Assembly: GCF_009914755.1 (NCBI RefSeq)
Contig: NC_060928.1
DNA: 64,000 nucleotides
From: the human T2T-CHM13v2.0 reference genome, Homo sapiens
Direction: 5' to 3' (one strand)
A program made the position numbers and the translations under genes. Shown here one piece after another: positions 53,483-64,000 of the stretch; the first letter of the stretch is position 1, and every line of letters starts with the position of its first letter. The notes under the pieces are model-generated. The model made no database searches and was not told where the DNA came from. It worked only from the letters and a program-made list of their open reading frames with translations.

Positions 53483-54164
53483 AAGCAGAGCTTTGTTCTC
53501 AGGACCCACCCGAGGATGGGTCACCATGGCTTTGGAGCACCTGGTAGTGTGGCATGTCCACAGTGAAGACCAGAGTTTCGTTGTCCTTAAGACTGACCTG
53601 GGAGACGTGGCTGCAGGCCATTGAGGAAGGTGAGGCAAAAGCTTCCTGTCTGCTCCCCGTGTGCTGAGGAGGGAGCTCTGCCATGGGCTTTACTTTCACA
53701 CGTTATATTCTACAAGTCTTGTTTTACAAAAGCATCCCTTCCTTGAGGCTTCGGCTGCTCATCGCTGCTCATCATCATAGCGTGCCATAACATATAGTAA
53801 GATTTGGGTTTGTTTCTGGGAGAGATCTTGGCATAGAGAAAGGAGAAATGCTTAGAGCCACCATCAAGACAGTTGGGATGAAAGCTGGGGATAGGCAGAG
53901 GCTGGAGGAAACATGTGCACCCCTTGTAAACACTTATTCATGTTTTAGTTATTCACTTAAAGTGTTAAATTAGTAAAAATAGTATTGAAAAATTGAAAAG
54001 TAGGCATATTAAAACTTGTAACACTATTTAAGCTTAGATATATTATTTGTACCTCATCAACATTTTTTATTTTGTTGAGAAAGTGTAAGGTTAATTGGCA
54101 GCATATTTCTAATAGTAGATAGAATAATGTCTGTTTTATAAACATTGACATCCTACATTACATG

Positions 54165-54609
54165 TGTGAACCCTGAAAATCTGAGACAGCTCTCAGATTT
54201 TTTAGAAAGTTTATTTTGCCAATCTTGAGGATGTGCGCCCGTGATGCCTCCCCAGGAGGTCCTGACAACATGGGCCCAAGGTGGTCGGGGCACAGCTTGA
54301 TTTTATACACTTTAGGGAGACATGAGACATCAATCAATACGTGTAAGATGTACATTGGTTCAGTCCAGAAATGTGAGAAGGCCAGACAGGGGGCTTCCAG
54401 GTCATAGGTAGGTAAGAGACAAATGGTTTCATTCTTTTGCATTGCTGATTACCCTCTCCAAATGAGGCAATCAGGTATGCATTTATCTCGGTGAGCAGAT
54501 GGGTGACTTTGGATACAATGGGAGGCGGGTTTGCCCTAAGCAGTTCCCAGCTTGACTTTTCCCTTTAGCTTAGTGATTTTGGGTCCCCAAGATTTATTTT
54601 CCCTTCATA
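54165..54609 (-). mobile_element. MER4A1-like ERV1 solo LTR
   Basis: Minus strand starts TATGAAGGGAAAATAAATCTTGGGGACCCAAAATCACTAAGCTAAAGGGAAAAGTCAAGCTGGGAACTGCTTAGGGCAAAC and ends CAGGGTTCACA. Confidence 0.8.
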
Positions 54610-55479
54610 AGGTTTTCCTATGAGCATTAATTATTCATTGTGTATTTTATCACACAAATAAGGCACAGATTTTTAAAAAATCATCAACTTCCTGGCTACC
54701 TATATAGACATAATTACATAGAAGCTCAACTAAATTTGCAAACATTCCAGAGTTTGGGTTTCCAATAATTCTTTGTGATTCTTTAAAAGGTAAAGTATTT
54801 TTTCCCATAAAACATAGCAACATTTAAAATCACCCGTAGAATGTCCTGCCATTTTTGTTTCTGTAGTTTCCTCATTTTCTGCAAAGCCTCGCTGAGGAAA
54901 TTGACTTTGAATATCCTTTTACACTCTTCTGTTTTAGAAAGCATTGTGGTAAAACATTGAATCATCATGGTCATAAGTTCTGTTCACATTCTTTCTTGCT
55001 TTGAATATTTTTTCCCAGTGGCCAATATTTGATTCTGTTGTATCATGGCTAAAAGGTAGGCATGGCAACAAAATAAGACAGGAAGTCTTTGGAATAAGTG
55101 ATCCCATCACAATGAATCAATTTGCCATTGGAACATATTTTTACAAAGTCACTCTTTTGAAAATATTTAGCTATGAATTAAAACAAAGTCTGTATGGTTA
55201 ATATTTTTCCTGGTCTAAGGTGAACAGCATTTTAGAGAATGAACTCAGGACACAACCACAGCACAAGAAAAACGTGATAATTAAGTTTACACATATGTGT
55301 TACTACTGCAACAGAAAACATGTAAAGAACATTTGATTTATGTATCAGTCTGCACTGTTTAATTTTTTGTGTCATAAATACTCTTATTTAAAAAAACAGG
55401 ACTAGTTAACAGTGTCAATTACTAGTAATTCATGGTATAAATAATTAAACAAGGAAGTGTTCAAAAAAAACAGTGTTTT

Positions 55480-56830
55480 AAATAAAGTTTTATTTTACAT
55501 CATCTTTTTTACTTACACAGAAATTGTCAAAAAAAAGCAGAGATTTCCCATGTAGCTGCAACCTAGTTTCCTCTCTTATTAACATCTTCTATCAGTGTGT
55601 CTCACATGGCTTATTAATATCTTACATAATTTGTCACAGTTAATGAACCAATACTGATAGACTATTATTAACCGAAGTTCATATTTCATTTGGATTCCCT
55701 TAGTTCTATCTTACTCTGACCCAGGATCCCATCCAGGATCCCACATGACATGTAGACATCACGTGGGCTCTTCCTGGCTGTGACAGTGTGTCAGGCTTTC
55801 CATCTCATGATGACCTTCATAGCACTGAGGAGGATTGGTCAGGAATGTTGTAGAATGTCCCCCATTGTCACTTCATGTTCTCAAGGTGAACTGTCACCTT
55901 TGATGTTCACTTGGATCATTTGGCAGAGCTAATGTTTGTCAGGTTTCTCCACTGTGAGGCTATTTCTCCTCCTTGTCCGTACTGCATGTGTTCTTTTGGA
56001 GCAAGTCACTATGCAGAGCCTCACTCCGTAAGGAGTTGGCTCCACCTTCTTGACGGCTGAGTGTCTACATCAATTATTTGGAATTCTTTTGCAAAGGAGA
56101 TTTCTATGCAACTCCATTTGCTTATTCACCGAGGTATACAAATACAGACACCTAGATAATTACTTTAAGCTTTAGTTATTATTCAACTCTACAGTATTAT
56201 GTTGCACAATTCATTCCTGTGTTGGCCATCAGTAGCTGTTTTTATTGGCTCTTATTTTTCTTTGATATGTTTTAATTTTTTTAGTACTTACTTTCTGATA
56301 CTTCCAGATTATCCTGGTTCCTATATTTACTGTCCCAGTTCTAGTATCAGACATTTCTTCAAAGAGCCTGATTCCTTTCAGAATGGTAGGAAAACTTACA
56401 TCTGGCTGCTGAATGAGCACATTGTATCTTCTCCCTCATTGGCAATGCTAGGAAGTATATGTGTGTGTCTAACCTACCTATACACACCTAATTATAAAGT
56501 TTTCTATGTAGAACTGTGTGTGTCTATATTAAACTAAACATAAGTTTACGTTGATGTCTCCACCTCTGATCTACTATCACATGAATCATTCTAGCCTTCT
56601 CGCCTTGCTATTTGTAACCTCCCACTTCAACAGTAAGAAACCTGGTTCCCACCATCTGCGACTTATGTAAGTCATTGTTTTATTCCAGATACAGACACTG
56701 TGGTTTTACAATTGTTCACAATTGCTTCTGTTGGAAAGAACTTTATAAAATGGAATCCAATAATGAAGTATAGTTCATGTGCCTTCAGCCTACAGATTCT
56801 ATTCATTTTCAAAGTTTTTACCTAGATTTG
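55480..56830 (-). mobile_element. Ancient L1M (L1MC/MD-type) 3' fragments
   Basis: ACAGTTAATGAACCAATACTGATA...CAGGATCCCATCCAGGAT motifs typical of old L1 3' UTR in antisense; boundaries approximate. Confidence 0.55.
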
Positions 56831-57274
56831 TGTCTTAGTCCATTTTGTGCTTCTGTAACAGAATACCTGAGGCTGCGTAATTTATAAGTAAAAAAGTTTC
56901 ATTTGGTTCACAATACTGGTGGCTGGAATGTCTGAGATTGGGCAGTTGCATCTGGCAGGGCCTCAGTCTTTTTCACCTCATGGTGGAAAGTGGAAGGGGA
57001 GCAAGGGGTGCACCAGAGATCACATAGCAGAAGTGAAAGCAAGAGGGAAGCCAAGGAAGCCAGACTCTTTTTAATTACCTACTCCTGCAGGAATTATCTA
57101 TTCCTGTGAGAACAGAACTCACTCACCCCCATGGAGGACATTAATCTATTCATGAGGGATCCGTCCCCATGATCCAAACACCATCCACTAGGCCCCACCG
57201 CCCCACACTGACACAGTGGGAGTCAAATTTCAACATGAGTTTTTGTGGGGACAAACCACATCCAAACCATAGTA
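56831..57274 (-). mobile_element. MST-family MaLR LTR
   Basis: TGTCTTAGTCCATTTTGTGCT...TAATTTATAAG...TTTCAACATGAGTTTT...CATCCAAACCATAGTA. Confidence 0.8.
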
Positions 57275-57919
57275 ATTTGTAGCATAAATTCTTTTTCACA
57301 TGATGTATTCTGTCCTGGGATACTCCACATCCTGAGTAATTTGATTTAATTTGAATAGAGTTTGCTTTAACCATTTGGCTGTAAAATTCTGCATATTTCG
57401 ACAAATGCATTGTGGCAGATAACCCACTATTAAAGTATCAAATGGAATGCCTCAAACCCCCACCCCATGGAGCCAATGGCTTCCCATCTGTGTAGTTTGC
57501 CTTCTCCAGTGTCTCATTAAATGAGGTCACACTGTGTGTATCCTCCTCAGACTGTCTTCTTCCACTTAGCAATGTGCATGCAAGATTCACTCATGTCTTT
57601 GTGTGTGTTGATATCTTGTTCCTTTCTATGGCTAAATAGTATTCCATTACATGAATGTAGCACAATTTGGTTATGCATTTTGGGGAGCAGAACCTTCCTC
57701 TTCTAACTTTGTTCCAGGGTTGGAGACCTTCAAATCAACTGACAATAGATACATTAGTAGGAGAGACAATACTTGGCTTCTTGTTCCCCAGGTATCATTG
57801 TGGGACAAAATTCATCAGATGGCAGGATCCAGTTTACAAAGAGGTAAAAATAGCCCCGAAACAAGAAACAAGACTAGAATCTGATAACTCACAATGGCTA
57901 TAGTTTTCCTTTAAAAAAA

Positions 57920-58184
57920 TTTTTTTTGAGACAGGGTCTGTCTCTGTCGCCCAGGCTGGAGTGCAAAGGTGCAATCTCAGCTCACTGCAACCTCTACCTC
58001 CTGGGTGCAAACGATCCTCCCTCCTCAGCCTCCTGATTACCTGGGACTACAGGCACATGCCGTCATGCCCATCTAATTTTTGTATTTTTGGTAGAGACGG
58101 GGTTTCACCATGTCGCCCAGGCTGATGTTGAACTCCTGGCCTTCCAAAGGGCTGTAATTATAGGCATGTGCCACCATGCCCGGC
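57920..58184 (-). mobile_element. Older Alu (AluJ-like) with short internal deletion
   Basis: TTGAGACAGGGTCT...CCACCATGCCCGGC; GAACTCCTGGCC joins directly to TTCCAAAG, skipping the GATCC segment. Confidence 0.88.
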
Positions 58185-58189
58185 TGTGT

Positions 58190-60204
<2,015 letters not shown>

Positions 60205-60941
60205 ACAACATTTAAAGTAATAATTGGAATTATGACTCATTACTCTATAGTGGCACATAGCATGGATAAGGAGGACATTGACAAACTTCCAGGAATTTTA
60301 TATAATTTCTGAAAACATAACATTTTACCCATACAAATATAACACAGGGAAGGTTAGGTATCTCTTTTTATTTGTATCTTCTGTATGGTTTTCCTTATAA
60401 AAAATGCAACCTACTTTACTTGCGAAACATGCCCTACTTTTCTTGCATGCTTTGCATAGAGTTGTTTCTAGTTATTCTATTATTTCTAGTAGTTTTATTT
60501 ACATATATTGATTATAATTTTAATACTTAGTAATCTTTTATTTTTCCAGAGAAAACTAGGAAGTAGACAGTTATAAACTGTCATATATTAGCATTCTATA
60601 GTAGGTTAGAAAATGTATGAATATACCATCTCCCAACATCTAGAGGGATGTGTTTCCTCATAATACAATTCCTCAGTGTGGCAGAAAAAAACATGTTTAT
60701 TAACGGGCCAAAATATCTTTAGTCTCTCTGTAAAAATAGGAAGCCAAAAGTATATAAACTTGAATTATTTATGTTCAGTAATTAATGTTTTAGTATTGTA
60801 TCTTATTTATAAATGGTCTAGATATTTAATGCAAATCTTTTACATAGCTTAACTTTAAGGTTAAAAATTACCAAAAGTACTTTGGAAACTATTCTTAGGC
60901 AGATTTACTGTAAACAAATTATTTTTGAAATAATGTTTTTC

Positions 60942-61474
60942 GCTTTTCACAAGATGGCACCGAAAGCGAAGGAAGCTCCTGCTCCTCCTAAAGCCGAAGC
61001 CAAAGCGAAGGCTTTAAAGGCCAAGAAGGCAGTGTTGAAAGGTGTCCGCAGCCACACGCAAAAAAGAAGATCCGCATGTCACTCACCTTCAGGCGGCCCA
61101 AGACACTGCGACTCCGGAGGCAGCCCAGATATCCTCAGAAGAGCACCCACAGGAGAAACAAGCTTGGCCACTATGCTATCATCAAGTTTCCGCTGACCAC
61201 TGAGTCGGCCGTGAAGAAGATAGAAGAAAACAACACGCTTGTGTTCACTGTGGATGTTAAAGCCAACAAGCACCAGATCAGACAGGCTGTGAAGAAGCTC
61301 TATGACAGTGATGTGGCCAAGGTCACCACCCTGATTTGTCCTGATAAAGAGAAGAAGGCATATGTTCGACTTGCTCCTGATTATGATGCTTTCGATGTTG
61401 TAACAAAATTGGGATCACCTAAACTGAGTCCAGCTGGCTAACTCTAAATATATGTGTATCTTTTCAGCATAAAA
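60942..61474 (+). pseudogene. RPL23A processed pseudogene (position fits the 4q35 copy, probably RPL23AP84)
   Basis: ATG at 60954 gives [30 protein letters not shown]. Frameshift near 61060-61067, then [16 protein letters not shown]...[11 protein letters not shown]. Intronless with an A-tail; 14-bp TSD AAATAATGTTTTTC at 60928-60941 and 61475-61488. Confidence 0.95.
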
Positions 61475-61927
61475 AAATAATGTTTTTCATAAGAATGACA
61501 ACTTAATTAGAATCAAATCTATAAGCTTTAAGATTTTACGTTTCTAGTAAGTATAATATTAGCTTATTTGACTAGAACTCAAGCAGAATAGGAATTTATG
61601 CTTGTTTTATATTCAATAATGATAATTTTGAAGATATAGTTGTTTTATTACACCAAAAATACTATATTAATCTTATTTAACTAAGTTTTATCCAAATCAT
61701 GTTAACTTAAGAAACATTTGATCAGTTCCTATATTTCTAGGAGTTTGGTGAATATTTATTTATAAATGCTTATTTTTTTTCCAAGCCAAGTTAGAATAGA
61801 GCACTTTTAGAGGATTTCATAAATGAATTTTGCAATGCTCTCTGGAGTTCAGAAAATATCACATATACATAACATACATTAATAGATATACAAACACAAA
61901 TAGAGATTTCATAGCTTTCATCCTGAA

Positions 61928-63598
61928 ATTTCAGCCATGAATCAGGCATAAATATTCTGATGGTTAATTTCAGACATCTACTTGATCGGATTGAGAGACA
62001 CACATAGCTGGTCAAACACGATTTCAGCCATGAATCAGGCATAAATATTCTGATGGTTAATTTTAGCCATCTACTTGACTGGATTAAGAGACACACATAG
62101 CTGGTCAAACATGATTTCAGCCATGAATCAGGCATAAATATTCTGATGGTTAATTTCAGACATCTACTTGAGTGGATTAAGAGACACACATAGCTGGTCA
62201 AACACAATTTCAGCCATGAATCAGGCATAAATATTCTGACGGTTAATTTTAGACATCTACTTGATGGGATTGAGAGACACACATAGCTGGTCAAACACGA
62301 TTTCAGCCATGAATCAGGCATAAATATTCTGATGGTTAATTTTAGACATCTACTTGAGTGGATTGAGAGACACACATAGCTGATCAAACACAATTTCAGC
62401 CATGAATCAGGCATAAATATTCTGACGGTTAATTTTAGACATCTACTTGACTGGATTAAGAGACACCCATAGCTGGTCAAACACGATTTCAGCCATGAAT
62501 CAGGCATACGTATTCTGACGGTTAACTTTAGACATCTACTTGACTGGATTAAGAGACACACATAGCTGGTCAAACACGATTTCAGCCATGAATCAGGCAT
62601 AAATATTCTGACGGTTAACTTTAGGCATCTACTTGATTGGATTGAGAGAGACACATAGCTGGTCAAACACAATTTCAGCCATGAATCAGGCATAAATATT
62701 CTGACGGTTAATTTTAGACATCTACTTGACTGGATTAAGGGACACACACAGCTGGTCAAACAATTTCAGCCATGAATCAGGCATAAATATTCTGACAGTT
62801 AATTTTAGACATCTACTTGAGTGGATTAAGAGACACACATAGCTGGTCAAACACGATTTCAGCCATGAATCAGGCATAAATATTCTGATGGTTAATTTTA
62901 GACATCTACTTGACTGGATTAAGAGACACACATAGCTGGTCAAACAATTTCAGCCATGAATCAGGCATAAATATTCTGACAGTTAATTTTAGACATCTAC
63001 TTGAGTGGATTAAGAGACACACATAGCTGGTCAAACACGATTTCAGCCATGAATCAGGCATAAATATTCTGATGGTTAATTTTAGACATCTACTTGACTG
63101 GATTAAGGGACACACACAGCTGGTCAAACAATTTCAGCCATGAATCAGGCATAAATATTCTGACAGTTAATTTTAGACATCTACTTGAGTGGATTAAGAG
63201 ACACACATAGCTGGTCAAACACGATTTCAGCCATGAATCAGGCATAAATATTCTGATGGTTAATTTTAGACATCTACTTGACTGGATTAAGAGACACACA
63301 TAGCTGGTCAAACAATTTCAGCCATGAATCAGGCATAAATATTCTGACAGTTAATTTTAGACATCTACTTGAGTGGATTAAGAGACACACATAGCTGGTC
63401 AAACACGATTTCAGCCATGAATCAGGCATAAATATTCTGATGGTTAATTGTAGACATCTACTTGACTGGATTGAGAGACACACATAGCTGGTCAAACACG
63501 ATTTCAGCCATGAATCAGGCATAAATATTCTGACGGTTAATCGTAGACGTCTACTTGACTGGATTGAGAGACACACACAGCTGGGCAAACACGATTTC
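61928..63598 (+). repeat. 93-bp (91/93) VNTR, 18 copies
   Basis: Units start ATTTCAGCCATGAATCAGG at 61928, 62021, 62114, 62207, 62300, 62393, 62486, 62579, 62672, 62763, 62856, 62947, 63040, 63131, 63224, 63315, 63408, 63501. Confidence 0.97.
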
Positions 63599-63664
63599 TG
63601 GGCATATCTATGAGGGTGTTTCTGGAAGACACTGAGATAACCATGACCCAATGTGGATGGGCAC
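63529..63664 (+). mobile_element. MLT2 (ERVL) LTR 5' part, interrupted by THE1
   Basis: TGA(T/C)GGTTAAT...ACTTGACTGGATT...AGCTGG...ATTTCTGGGCATATCTATGAGGGTGTTTCTGGAAGA...AATGTGGATGGGCAC follows the recalled MLT2 5' consensus. Confidence 0.75.
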
Positions 63665-64000
63665 TGATATGGTTTGGCTGTGTCCCCACCCAGATCTCAT
63701 CTTGAATTGTAGTTCCTGTAATACCTACATGTCGTGGGAGGGACCCAATGGGAGGTGACTGAATCATGGTGGTGGTTACTGCCATGCTGTTCTCATGACA
63801 GTGAGTGAGTTCTCATGATCTGATGGTTTTATAAGGGGCTTTTCCCCTTTGGCTCAGCACTTCTTGTTGCTGCCATGTGAAGAGGGATAGCTTTGCTTCC
63901 CCTTCTGCCATGATTGTGAGGCCCCTGCAGCCATGTGGAACTGTCAGCCCATTAAACCCCTTTGTTCTTTATAAATTGCTCAGACTCAGGTATTTCTTCA
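63665..64000 (+). mobile_element. THE1 MaLR LTR (runs off the window)
   Basis: TGATATGGTTTGGCTGTGTCCCCACCCAGATCTCATCTTGAATTGTAG...GCCATGTGGAACTGT...CATTAAACC. Confidence 0.9.

Noticed and set aside
53483-53800. More GC-balanced, exon-like stretch with short minus-strand ORFs
   Set aside because: No protein family recognisable by eye; BLASTN/BLASTX would be needed.
61076-61441. 121-aa RPL23A-like ORF as a functional gene
   Set aside because: Frameshifted away from the true start, altered C-terminus, TSD-flanked retrocopy.
61791-62759. 322-aa minus-strand ORF with a 31-aa Cys/Leu repeat
   Set aside because: It follows from the 93-bp (31-codon) period, has a non-ATG start, is frameshifted by the 91-bp units, and derives from LTR and flank DNA.

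Overview
Human subtelomeric DNA: the distal end of the D4Z4 macrosatellite on a 4qA-type (FSHD-permissive) chromosome end. Bases 1-41378 hold 13 tandem ~3.3-kb GC-rich units, each with an intact 424-aa DUX4 double-homeobox ORF. There are 12 complete KpnI-KpnI units, and the array continues left of the window. The last unit runs into pLAM/exon 3 with the ATTAAA poly(A) signal (41619-41624) and a short 362-bp intron 2. Next come ~6.5 kb of 68-bp beta-satellite, a degenerate (TTAGGG)n tract, and AT-rich subtelomeric sequence with Alu, MER58A, MER4A1, MST, THE1, MLT2 and L1 relics, a second degenerate telomere tract, an RPL23A processed pseudogene and an 18-copy 93-bp VNTR. The locus is well known. 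Less obvious points read from the sequence: the poly(A) signal is a mutated beta-satellite monomer; pLAM is a deleted, diverged D4Z4 unit; the D4Z4 units are mosaics of two sequence types; and the VNTR amplifies the MLT2 LTR edge that carries DUX4-motif-like sites. Repeat family names come from recalled consensus sequences, not a database search.
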